A stretch of 64,000 bases of DNA, from IMG/VR virus record IMGVR_UViG_3300043120_000039, positions 1 through 64,000 of that record, one strand, 5' to 3'. Below, piece after piece: positions 20,637 to 30,666 of the stretch (the stretch's first letter is position 1; every line of letters starts with the position of its first letter). The DNA comes from a virus. Lineage: Duplodnaviria; Caudoviricetes. The notes under the pieces were generated by a model. It searched no databases. It had not been told where the DNA came from and saw only the letters and a program-made list of their open reading frames with translations. A program made the position numbers and the translations under genes.

Positions 20637-21014
20637 TTATGTAGTTGGTGTATACGTTAATACAAATCTACTTCCTATAGTGTCATAAGAAACCCTTTCA
20701 GGCATGTAGATACCATCTGTCAATAAACTTTTCAAAGCAGTAAAGTCTCTAAGCATTAGGACACCTTGTGGACAATCGTCTAGATATCTAAAAGGTGCTA
20801 GAATGTCTCTACTTGTTTTTAATGAAGTTGTCAAGAATGGGTCACCTCCAGCAAGAGATAACTCTAAAGTAAATTCATCCGCACTGATTGGTGTTGTAGC
20901 AACATTAGTTAACCTTTGGAGATATCGAAGTCTAATGTCATAACTTGTTCCATCTAAGTCAACATTCTTGTAAACTTGGTCTGGTGTTGAAGTGGTTACT
21001 ATTTCAAAAAACAT
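20637..21014 (-). CDS. Baseplate protein
   Basis: PDQ...LDG..Y.IRLRY motif; position. Confidence 0.6.
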   Translation of the reverse strand: MFFEIVTTSTPDQVYKNVDLDGTSYDIRLRYLQRLTNVATTPISADEFTLELSLAGGDPFLTTSLKTSRDILAPFRYLDDCPQGVLMLRDFTALKSLLTDGIYMPERVSYDTIGSRFVLTYTPTT

Positions 21015-21016
21015 AT

Positions 21017-21661
21017 TTACTCCTCAACACCAGTTGTCTCAAAGAAATCTGATAGATTATCAGGAAGTGTTACACCTAAATCTTGGGCTTGTTGTGCTAC
21101 ATCTTGACCAAGTAGGAATAATTGACTTGTTCGTTCTTCAGAGGTTTCAGTCTTCTTACTTGTTGTTGGAGAACCATCTAAACTTTTAGAAGTAGATGCA
21201 TCTGCGATCAAAGTAACACGTTGATAACCAACCCTTCGTGCTTGTTCAAAACTAATATCAAATGTGATAGAATCAAAACCTTCTTCACGAGGTTGGATAT
21301 TAGTAATATTCATTCTTGAATATTGTCTATTACCTTCGTCGATGAATAAGTCTGTATTGCTATTCCACCAACTATATAGCAAGTTTAAAGCTTCTTTAGG
21401 ACGCTCATTGAAGTCTGTATATCCAACAAGGTTACCGTCATATTTGATAACTGGAGTAGCTGTAACAGTAGCTGACATAGAAATAGCAATATTCTCTTTA
21501 ACCATGTGGTTAGTAATATCAGACTTATCACTAATAGTATACTTTGTCATTCGTGAAGCAAATGTTGGTGTAAAACTATGTACTGCATCAAAATAAAAGG
21601 AGGAGAAATCCCCTCCTCCAGTGTAGTTTGATTGAGTTGTAATATAAATAGGATCAGCCAT
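21017..21661 (-). CDS. Tail tube initiator/Dit-like protein
   Basis: FDA......S..T.Y.I.....ITNH motif, directly after the tape measure gene. Confidence 0.7.
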   Translation of the reverse strand: MADPIYITTQSNYTGGGDFSSFYFDAVHSFTPTFASRMTKYTISDKSDITNHMVKENIAISMSATVTATPVIKYDGNLVGYTDFNERPKEALNLLYSWWNSNTDLFIDEGNRQYSRMNITNIQPREEGFDSITFDISFEQARRVGYQRVTLIADASTSKSLDGSPTTSKKTETSEERTSQLFLLGQDVAQQAQDLGVTLPDNLSDFFETTGVEE

Positions 21662-24612
21662 TATTTAATACTCCCAGAAGAAAGATTCATTGCTGCACCT
21701 TCTAGCATATCACCATTACTCTTCTCAACTTTAGCTTCGATTACATCATCCAATCCATTAGGGTTGACGTTGATGTCAATTTGCAATTTACCACGCTCTT
21801 TAAGCCACTGCATAACATTAGCATTACGTTCATTAGTTGTAGAAAGTCTATCATATAAACTCGTACCACCTTCATAACCAGAGAGAAGTACACCTAATGG
21901 TCCAAGTAGCTTACCAGATTGTCTTAATGCACCTCTTGCTGCAGTTGATACTACACCTCTTGTGCCAGTGCTTGCTGCTGTTGTTGCAGCCGTAGTTGGT
22001 GCTTTTCCTGTTAAAGTTTTCATTGCATCTGCTGCACGTTTTGCAACTTTATAAGCAGTAGCTAAAGCTTTTACAGATTTAACTAATACCCACACACCTG
22101 CGGCGGCTCCAATCACTGTTCCTGTCCAAGTGAGAAGTGATTTAGTGGATTCATCACTTAACCCTGTTACATCTGAGATCCAATAAGCTAAATCTGTTAA
22201 TGCAGCTACTGGTAAACGAATAATGGTTGTTAACCCTAATAGAGCACCACCAAGTACAGTACCTGTAAAGTATGCAGCATTACCAGACTCTTTAGACAGA
22301 TCGTTGAAGCTATCTAATGCAAACATTACAGAAGGTTTCATCCCATCAAACATTTGCTTTTGTAATTCCACAAGTTGGTTACTTGCCCTACCAACTGCAG
22401 GTGATAAATTCTCTCGCAATGCTTTTGCTAATTCGTCATTGTTGTTAGCAAGTTCACTCATTGCTTTACCAAAGTATGGTAAAACTGTACCAGAGATTAA
22501 CTTACCTTGTTCCATTAATTTAAACAATGCAGCTTCACGTTCTTGAGCTGTCTTACTTCCGTCAATCAATCCAGCATCTACAGCAGCTTTTGCCATAGCA
22601 CGCATTGCGAACGGAACTCTCTCCATATCTTCAATTAAAGACGCAACTCTTTAACCAGCTTTCTTTATGTTTATCAACATTAAGTAGCATCTCTATGTCA
22701 CCATAGAAGTTGAGACTATATCTTCTATCTTTCGATAGCCCACCGTTTGGAGTATCATAAGCTTATACTCTACTCGCTTACATTCATCAGCGATAGTCGT
22801 TCGGCATGTTAAGAATAATTCTTAATTTAGCACAGGATTGTCTTCAATAAGAGTTCCCCTGTTTAGATGGGTTTATACTGAGCAAGAGACTGTTTTACCC
22901 AGTTGTTGTGTTCATTGTGTTCAATAATAATCGCTACTTATTATCCGCACCATTACGTGCTGCTATAGGCTTTCCCTATATGTTCGGACTATATCTTCAC
23001 CTTCACCATTATGTGTTAAGGGCGGTATTTAGAATGTCAATCGCTTACATTCACTTAGTCTCTGAGCCTTAATCTACTTGAGATTATTGGCTGCGGATTA
23101 CCCAATCTTGATAACTTTTTACTCTACCAAACACATTACTGTTTGCCCTTAACTATGTCACCATGCTAAGTTAGTATTATCAAGCTCTAAGTGGCTTCCC
23201 GCATTAACTCCGATTTATCAATTACATTTCTGTAAAAGGAGCCAGCACATTTTAAAATTACTAATAAAATCAATAACCTAGCTCGTCTGCTTGTATTTTA
23301 CCTTTCAATGTGTTCAACTAAGTTCGTTAAGCTTAGCCAGCAGCTTTACCTGCGTCTCTATGTCTCCATAGAAGTTCAGACTATATCCTCTGTACAATGT
23401 ACAGCTTCCTGTTTCGAGTCACTTGACCCTACTTGGCTACACTCATCACCAATAGTCGTTGCACGATCTCAATATTATTGAGCTTCGCTCAGGATTGTCC
23501 TCATCTTAAAATGTTAGGATGTTCCCTGAATTAAGGAAGTTTACCCTGCCCAAAAGTCTAGACAGCATTTGTTTAACAGCAAGAATTGTACCACCTAAGT
23601 CTTCCCGACTTAGACCCAATGCAACACCAGCTTCTTGAATACCTGTAAAGGTAGCTTTAAGGTCATCCATTGTCATCTTGTCGCCAGCAGCAGCAATCAT
23701 AGATGAGAAACCCTTACTTGCTTCCATGATTGGAGAACCTAAGCGCATAGCTTCTGAACGTACCCAAGCCATATTCTCTGCTGCTGCTTTAGAATCAGTT
23801 GATACAACTTTGAAACTCTTCTGCATAGATTCCATTTGCATACCGATGTTCAAAGAAGAACTAATTCCTGCTGTTAAAGCATAAGCACTACCGAGTGTTC
23901 CAACCATCTGCATTACGGAAGAGTTCATACGCTGTTGGAATACATTACGCTTTTCTACTTCACGTGTTAATCTACGATTCTGTGCAAGAGTATCAGAGAT
24001 TGCTGCACGTTCTTTTCTCATTAGATAAATAAGCTGTTCTTGAGTTTTAGCTTGCATGAGTTTCTGTTTAAGAACTGCTTTCTCTTCATCACTCATCTGC
24101 CTGATTGCACGATTAGATACCATGAAATTTCTAATAGACTTTTCTTGTAAAGCATTAAATTTTTCTTGGTCACGTTGCATTCTTACATGAGAATCATGAA
24201 GTGGTGATTTAGCTTTGTTTTCTGAGCGTAGTATATCAGCAAACATAGTCTGAGAAGCTTTGTTAGTGCCGTCAGATATTAAACCACCTACTGCTTGCTT
24301 CCTACGTGCATTCTGTTCCATTTGAACACGTTGTTCTTGTTTTTTAGCTAATTTGTCTTCAATTTTTAATTGGTCAGCAAGCAGGGTGTTAGATGCTTTT
24401 TGGAACTTAGTTTTATCTTCATAAGGTTTAGTTATTCTTGAACCAGAACCTCTTTTACTTGTACCTAAACCTCCAACATCTACTTGAAGTTTTAACATTT
24501 TAGCAACTTCAGATCTGAAGTTTTGTATCTGTTTACGAGTCCTTTTCAAACTTCGTTGATCAAGCTTTAACTTAACCAAGTTTGTATACTGACTCCTTAC
24601 ACGTTCTGTCAT
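21661..24612 (-). CDS. Tape measure protein, spliced: join(24612-23560, 23305-23280, 22912-22897, 22623-21661), about 685 aa
   Basis: Joining the exons gives KQMLS|KGKIQADEL|TQQLG|ERVPFA, the conserved tape-measure motif, in one continuous frame. Confidence 0.9.
22624..22896 (-). mobile_element. Group I intron 3 in tape measure gene (273 nt, no ORF)
   Basis: P1 cugggu/gcucag; AACGACUA and AAGAUAUAGUCU; terminal G; ucuc can pair with exon 4 gaga. Confidence 0.9.
22913..23279 (-). mobile_element. Group I intron 2 in tape measure gene (367 nt, no ORF)
   Basis: P1 gagcu/ggcuc; AGAGACUA and AAGAUAUAGUCC; terminal G. Confidence 0.88.
23306..23559 (-). mobile_element. Group I intron 1 in tape measure gene (254 nt, no ORF)
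   Basis: P1 cugucu/gggcag with U-G; P7 elements GACUA and GAUAUAGUC; ends in G; IGS acuuuu can pair with exon 2 aaaggu. Confidence 0.9.
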
Positions 24613-24614
24613 AG

Positions 24615-24768
24615 ATCACATCTCCTGAGCGGATACATAAAACCGCAACGAATGAAACATTCGTCCGGTTACCTACGGTATTATCAGGTATAACTTAATA
24701 AATTAAGGATTACATACCCTACTCCGTAGAGATTATAGAGAAGCTTGTATCTGTCCACTCTTTGTTTA
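24615..24768 (-). ncRNA. Putative TnpB omegaRNA/right-end region
   Basis: Structured non-coding stretch directly 3' of tnpB, with hairpins ACGAATG-TTT-CATTCGT and GCGG...CCGC. Confidence 0.5.
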
Positions 24769-25875
24769 CTATTTGTTTGCTAAACGCAAACCATCTTTAA
24801 GAATATTCTTAGAAGCATTTAAATCTCTGTCAACAAGTTGACCACAATTATCACATTTCCAAGAAGATTCACCTAGCTTAAGATTATCATTCTTATAACC
24901 ACATTCGTAGTGAATCTTACTTGAAGGGTAGTATCTATCTACGAAGTAGATGTCAACACCCCTTAAGAAAGATTTATATTCTAGTTGCCTACGCAACTCA
25001 TACATACCTACATCTAGTACCAATCTGTTTAACTTTTTGTTCTTACCTCTCGTCATTGACGAAACAGATAAATCTTCTAAACAGATTGTTTTGTACTTAG
25101 ATGTGATTGTATGACTCACATTGTGAAGCAACGCTTCACGTTGTTTACGTATTCTAAAGTGAAGTTTACTAATCGAAAGCTTGGCTTTCGCATACCGATT
25201 AGATCCTTTCTTTTTCTTAGATAACTTCTTTTGAAGTTTAACTAACTTCTCTAAACTTAAAGATAGTTTGTTACTCTTTTGGAACCCAGTTCCATCAGAA
25301 AGTATAGCTAAATCTTTAATACCTAAGTCAATTCCAACTTCTCCGCTTTGCGGAAAGTCCCCTTTATAATTAGAACAACCTTCGACTAAGATAGAAGCCC
25401 ACCACTTATCGTTATGGTAAGATATAGTGACTTGTTTAGGAACACCATCGAAACGCAGTTTCTCACGTAATTTTAGAGGTTTACTATCTTTACCTCTATT
25501 GAACTTCTCTAAATAAAGGTTTCTTCCCTCTACTTTAAACTTCTTACTTTCTCTGATAGAGAAAGAATCTTTAGCTCCACGTTTCTTGAATCTTGGATAA
25601 CCACTTAGCTTCTTAAAGAAACGCTTATATGAGTTTTCTAAGTCATTAATAGATTCTTGGAGGATAGCCTGACTTACGTCAGAATACCACTCATTCTCTA
25701 CACGTAACGTGTTATAGAGATATTCTCTAGCTGTTTTCTTAGAAAACTTAACTCCTTCTTTAGAGAAATTATCTAACATACTATTGAAACAATGTCGTGT
25801 TGTTCCAACCCATTGTAGTAGTTTCTCATGTTGCTCTTTAGAAGGCCGTAATTCGACCTTATGTGCTAATAACAT
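24769..25875 (-). CDS. tnpB: TnpB RNA-guided nuclease (IS200/605/607 family), no transposase nearby
   Basis: N-terminal HTH; GYPRFKK; RuvC motifs GIDLG, LEDL and DRDLNAS; PSSK and CDNCG zinc ribbon. Confidence 0.93.
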   Translation of the reverse strand: MLLAHKVELRPSKEQHEKLLQWVGTTRHCFNSMLDNFSKEGVKFSKKTAREYLYNTLRVENEWYSDVSQAILQESINDLENSYKRFFKKLSGYPRFKKRGAKDSFSIRESKKFKVEGRNLYLEKFNRGKDSKPLKLREKLRFDGVPKQVTISYHNDKWWASILVEGCSNYKGDFPQSGEVGIDLGIKDLAILSDGTGFQKSNKLSLSLEKLVKLQKKLSKKKKGSNRYAKAKLSISKLHFRIRKQREALLHNVSHTITSKYKTICLEDLSVSSMTRGKNKKLNRLVLDVGMYELRRQLEYKSFLRGVDIYFVDRYYPSSKIHYECGYKNDNLKLGESSWKCDNCGQLVDRDLNASKNILKDGLRLANK

Positions 25876-25982
25876 TACGACCCCCTTTTAAGTTAATTTA
25901 ATTCTCCAATTATTATAACCTACATTTTCATAGAAAGTAAGTATTATTTTATTAAATGTTGTATCTATTGCTTGGCTTTAAA

Positions 25983-26777
25983 TCAGTTAGAGTTACTTGT
26001 TTTTATTTTCTAATTCAGAATCCTTGTGCATAGCTTCTTCAAATTTAATCTTGATAAGCATTTGTTCAAATAGCCAGAATAATTCATCCAAGCAAAGTTT
26101 ATCTATTGACTCAACTGTTTCATTTAGAAACTCACAAGTAAGGATCTGGCTTCGAATAGTATAAATCCAATGACTGTTGTCATGTTGTTCAAGCAGCTTT
26201 TCCAGAGCATATCTATTACGATTTTTTACTCGTTTGTTGAGTTCTGTTTGTCTTGAGTTTCCGTTAGATAAATCAGACTCGGTGTTGAGCAGATAGTTTG
26301 GGAAAGCTGCATAAGAAAATTTACAGCAGATACCTTAACAAAAAGTGCCCAAATATCTAAAGGTGATTCTACATCATCCTCTAAATCAATAGGTTTATTT
26401 GAACCTTTCATAAACACATGGTCTAAATGAGTTTTAACATAGTTTTCAAAATCAATGTTTTGTAGATTTTCTAAGAATTGAAGTGCATACAATCCTGAAC
26501 CGCCCATGTCATCCATAAGGTCTAATTCATCACGAGCTTCTTGTTCTGTTTGATTAGCAAGAACTTGACCATACCAAATATTCATAAATTCTGGTAAACG
26601 TGCTAATGTGTCAAGGTGCTTCCATTTTCGGATAATATATTTATTACCACTGACCTCAAACTCTACTTCATTTTTCTTAATTTGTTCTTCTTTCTTAGTT
26701 TGCTTATCCGCATACTTATCCAAAATTTGCTGAGCAGCATTTGGTTTTTGTTTACGGTTATCGTATCTTTCTGTCAT
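25983..26777 (-). CDS. Tail assembly chaperone (26226-26777) with predicted -1 frameshift extension to 25983
   Basis: Lies between tail tube and TMP; in-frame slippery A AAT TTT at 26316-26322; the -1 frame is open to TGA at 25983. Confidence 0.75.
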
Positions 26778-26862
26778 GCCAAGATTCCTTCTTGATTTGA
26801 TTAAATATTAAGCTATCCTTGAAGAGTGAAAAGGCCACTTCCTTGTGGCGCATGATTACCTA

Positions 26863-27321
26863 TTAACCTTGAGTGATAGCGTTTTCCACAGTACCAGCAA
26901 GGTTGAATGCGGCTGCAATAGCAGAAGGAATTGCATTCTGTAGACCAATCACATGTGTACGAGAACCTGCTTCTGCTGCCAATTCAAGATCAGGCATTGT
27001 TTCATACCAACCTGTAGTAACAAGTTGTTTATTAATACCATCTACTTTTAGTACAACAGGAAAGTTTGTCAGGTCATCTACTGCTTGAAGTTCATCAAAC
27101 ATTTTATCAATATCTGAACCTGTCAGAACGTTGATTGCAATTGTACCTGTCTTATCACGGTTGCGGTTTACAGTCATATCACCTTTGATACCAACCACTT
27201 TAGTAGTATGGTCACCATCACGTGCAATAACTAAACCATCTGGACCCCATGAATCTACTGGAACTGGACCAATAACCAGTGTAATATTATCGGGATCGTA
27301 GCTATAAAATTCAGTAGCCAT
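26863..27321 (-). CDS. Tail tube protein
   Basis: YDP....L.IG and VG..GD motifs; follows the sheath gene. Confidence 0.8.
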   Translation of the reverse strand: MATEFYSYDPDNITLVIGPVPVDSWGPDGLVIARDGDHTTKVVGIKGDMTVNRNRDKTGTIAINVLTGSDIDKMFDELQAVDDLTNFPVVLKVDGINKQLVTTGWYETMPDLELAAEAGSRTHVIGLQNAIPSAIAAAFNLAGTVENAITQG

Positions 27322-27334
27322 TATTTATCCTCTA

Positions 27335-28750
27335 TTAAGCGTTGTTTGCTTCAAATTGACGGTTAGTTAGTGCATAAGCTTTAACTTGAATACGATCAAT
27401 ACCACTTAGCATTACTACTTCAATGAAACCTTCGTCCCAAATGCGGTTAGCAATATTGGTATCTGTTTGATCTGCACGAGCACCAAAATCAACAATAGGG
27501 TTCAAATCAATCACACCAAACTCTGAACGAGTTGTACCTTCTGCAATACGGCCACCACGAATACCAACATTAATTACATCTTTCTGAATGGCATTCTCCA
27601 TCATACGGGCACCAGCGTCGGAATAAGGAACAGTTAGGCCAAGATTGTTCTTCTTACGTTTAAGATCAAACAACGCTGTCTCAGAAGCATATTTCAGCCA
27701 CAATGCAAAACGTTGATAATCCAAGAACATACCGCTTGATGCCCAACCACCTTTGAGGTAATATTGACCACGTTGAAGGTTATTAAAACTTACATTACGT
27801 CCTGTAAGGGTAATTTTCTCTTGTTCAGTTAGTTTTAGTGCTGGGACACCAGACATTGCTACTAAACCACCCGGATTATAAAGTGTCCATGGGTCAAGAT
27901 TTGCAAAGTTAGACAACCAAGAACATTCTGGGAAGTAGTTTTTAGCTGCTGGATGATATTGCATATAGGTTTTGTCATATGCGAAACCTTGTAGATCCAA
28001 TGCTAGGTTAGTTGTTGAACCACTATCTTTAACATCTGCAATATCTGTTGAAGTCAAGAACTGTTGTAGTTCAAGAGTTTCTGTATATGCAGCTACTAGT
28101 TTAATATCTGCTTCAGATTTAGATTCAATAACAATGAAACTAACATCGTCATCTTCTGCTATGGAATCACCAATTGCTGAGGTGTAAGAATCTGAAGTTT
28201 GTGTAGTAATTGTGGTATGTGGTGTTGTACCTGTGATACTATTCCAACCAAAACTACAAGAGCTTGTGTCAGGAGTAACTACGATAGTTGCACCAGATGC
28301 TAGGAAAGTTGGGTCACCACTTCCACCAAATGCTGCTGTCAATGCATTTGCAAGACCTGCTGCAATCAAAGTTGTAGTTGTATCTGTCACTAGAACAGTG
28401 TAAGATACTACAGCATCAACACCTGCTACATTAGTGTTTACAGAAATAACATCACCTTCTGCAAGGAGTGTGTTTACTGTAATAGTAATAGTATCTACAC
28501 CCAAACGACCAATTTTAACTAGGTCAGGTGGAGCAATACCAGAAAGTGATCCTTGTACCATCATGTAAGCAGGTGAGTTTACTGCAAAACCTGCAGAAGT
28601 AATAGCCTCTACATCAGAGAAGCTATCAATAGCATTGGTTGTGATATTGTGAGGCACCATACACAGAGGGTATGAGAAACTTTGAGTTTCTGTTGGGGCA
28701 CCTTCTGTAAATACCTGAACCTCAACCGTATTCTTAAAATAAGTTGCCAT
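27335..28750 (-). CDS. Tail sheath protein (DUF3383-like)
   Basis: SG.FLD....LWL and VPYSDAG motifs; size and position. Confidence 0.85.
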   Translation of the reverse strand: MATYFKNTVEVQVFTEGAPTETQSFSYPLCMVPHNITTNAIDSFSDVEAITSAGFAVNSPAYMMVQGSLSGIAPPDLVKIGRLGVDTITITVNTLLAEGDVISVNTNVAGVDAVVSYTVLVTDTTTTLIAAGLANALTAAFGGSGDPTFLASGATIVVTPDTSSCSFGWNSITGTTPHTTITTQTSDSYTSAIGDSIAEDDDVSFIVIESKSEADIKLVAAYTETLELQQFLTSTDIADVKDSGSTTNLALDLQGFAYDKTYMQYHPAAKNYFPECSWLSNFANLDPWTLYNPGGLVAMSGVPALKLTEQEKITLTGRNVSFNNLQRGQYYLKGGWASSGMFLDYQRFALWLKYASETALFDLKRKKNNLGLTVPYSDAGARMMENAIQKDVINVGIRGGRIAEGTTRSEFGVIDLNPIVDFGARADQTDTNIANRIWDEGFIEVVMLSGIDRIQVKAYALTNRQFEANNA

Positions 28751-28914
28751 TATTATTCCTTTTATTGAATTCAAATAATGTTGTGTTAGAAACACAAAGG
28801 AAGTTTGAGCTGATCAAGCTCGGATAGGTGTACACCGTTTCAGAAAATATGAAAGGCATAACTATATTGTAGCATAAAAACTCTTAATTTAAAAGAGAAT
28901 TATTATCGTCTAAA

Positions 28915-29595
28915 CTAAACCATAGTCCACGTTGAGTCACCACCTCCCGGCAATTCATAGTTAATATGAAAATGTAATGCGTTTATAGAAGCTAATGTTT
29001 CTTCTGATAACCCTAAGATTGTGTGGTTGTTTTGAATAATTGATTGGTCAGCTACATTAGACTTTGTAACATATTTAACTTCATCAACATATTCACCATA
29101 GTTGTCAACAACTTTGTAAATATAAGTTAATGCCAAACGTAATCTTGCACCAGAACGAGTTTCTTGTGATTCATAAACAGTCACTTTGTTATCAATAACA
29201 TTACCAATTTCTGTTACACCAACTAAACCATTTGTAGATCCAAAATGCTTGAATTTCAAATATTTATTATTTAACATTGTACGAAGTTTATCTAAGTCAT
29301 TATTTGCTTTACCAATATAAGCATATAATTCTACAACAACTTTATCTTTGTAAACATAAGTCTCATTCCCAAGCTCATCAATTTCATAGTAAATATGTCG
29401 TTGCCCCATCCCACCACTGTAGCTGGTCTGGTTCAGGATATCTAATGAAATAAAATCTGTTGTTGGTATTGAGGAATTAGGTGAATCTGGTACTAATTTC
29501 CTATTTGGTAATACTTCCAGAATGAAATATCCAAGTTTATCAATAGCAAATTGCTTTGCTGCGGATTGTTCTAATACTTCACTAATACCTGCCAT
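28915..29595 (-). CDS. Tail terminator/neck protein
   Basis: Position just upstream of the sheath gene. Confidence 0.55.
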   Translation of the reverse strand: MAGISEVLEQSAAKQFAIDKLGYFILEVLPNRKLVPDSPNSSIPTTDFISLDILNQTSYSGGMGQRHIYYEIDELGNETYVYKDKVVVELYAYIGKANNDLDKLRTMLNNKYLKFKHFGSTNGLVGVTEIGNVIDNKVTVYESQETRSGARLRLALTYIYKVVDNYGEYVDEVKYVTKSNVADQSIIQNNHTILGLSEETLASINALHFHINYELPGGGDSTWTMV

Positions 29596-30125
29596 TATGC
29601 TGTCCACCCTGCAATCCAATCACCAGCTTTTAATTTAGCCAGTGTGTTCATATCTGCTGCTGTTGCAATAACCTTAGCTTCTGGATAATAACCTACTTCA
29701 ACTGTGTAATCTCTTACAATCATTGCTTCAATGTGATTAATTACCCCATTGTTCCACACTTTTACTTCTACAACATTATAATATCCACCTACATTAGGTG
29801 GAATGAAAGTAGAACCTTCTGGTACAAAATAACTTGGTGGAATATAAATACCACTTCCAATAAAATCTGTACCTTCTACTGGTGCATAAACTGGGGTGTT
29901 TGTACGAAGAATGAAAATGTCATTAATGCTTAGACCTTCTTGCTCAGAAGATAATTCTTGTCGCTTAACAGCCTGAAGTGTACATTCCTGAGCAACTTCT
30001 GTAACAATTGTCATAGTCGTATTTTCATCACCACCCCAAGGGGAATTATTTGTATCAACTACTTTTGTACGATGGTAAAGTGGTAGTGGGAATCTCTTGA
30101 TAAGTTTCTTTGCTCTAAGAGCCAT
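29595..30125 (-). CDS. Head closure protein
   Basis: Position in the neck cluster. Confidence 0.5.
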   Translation of the reverse strand: MALRAKKLIKRFPLPLYHRTKVVDTNNSPWGGDENTTMTIVTEVAQECTLQAVKRQELSSEQEGLSINDIFILRTNTPVYAPVEGTDFIGSGIYIPPSYFVPEGSTFIPPNVGGYYNVVEVKVWNNGVINHIEAMIVRDYTVEVGYYPEAKVIATAADMNTLAKLKAGDWIAGWTA

Positions 30126-30604
30126 TATTCATCTCCTTTTGTAATTTTATAATCAGCATCATTGTACAATTGTTCTGTTTCAATCAATGGGGTACTGTGC
30201 CCTTTTTTCGCTATTGTGGACGGTTTCAGTGGAGGGTATTGTCCATACAGAATAGCTTCCCTAACGTCATCTGCACTAGCTCTACCTATTTTATGGAGCA
30301 TACGTGTTACGTTAAGTTTTTTACCTGTCAGAATCGCATTGGAGAGGTCGTAGAGCATACCTTCTGTAGTATTTTCATTAAGGAGTTCTGCTTCAGTCAT
30401 GAATTTGCGAGGAACTGTATGCCATGACCCATCTTCGTTCATGACCCCATTTTGCATATAGTCTGCAATTGTAGCTGTTGGAAGACCTGATGCTCGGTGA
30501 GTTGTATTATTAGGATAACCATATTCTACGGACACACCATCGAGGTAGTCCGCAATCATTTCTAAATCATCGAAAAAATCTTCGAATTCAGGTATTTTAC
30601 TCAT
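30125..30604 (-). CDS. Neck/tail completion protein
   Basis: VP.R.F and PPLKPSTIAKKGH..PLIET..L motifs. Confidence 0.75.
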   Translation of the reverse strand: MSKIPEFEDFFDDLEMIADYLDGVSVEYGYPNNTTHRASGLPTATIADYMQNGVMNEDGSWHTVPRKFMTEAELLNENTTEGMLYDLSNAILTGKKLNVTRMLHKIGRASADDVREAILYGQYPPLKPSTIAKKGHSTPLIETEQLYNDADYKITKGDE

Positions 30605-30666
30605 AAATATATTGCCTTTAAAAATTATACAAAGTATACTACTATTTTAACATTATAGAGGTAATT

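Noticed and set aside
21661-24612. Two separate genes or a pseudogenised TMP
   Set aside because: The gap is fully explained by three group I introns, and the frame and conserved motif are restored on splicing
24769-25875. IStron (TnpB inside a group I intron)
   Set aside because: No group I core seen around tnpB; the introns lie over 1 kb away inside the TMP gene
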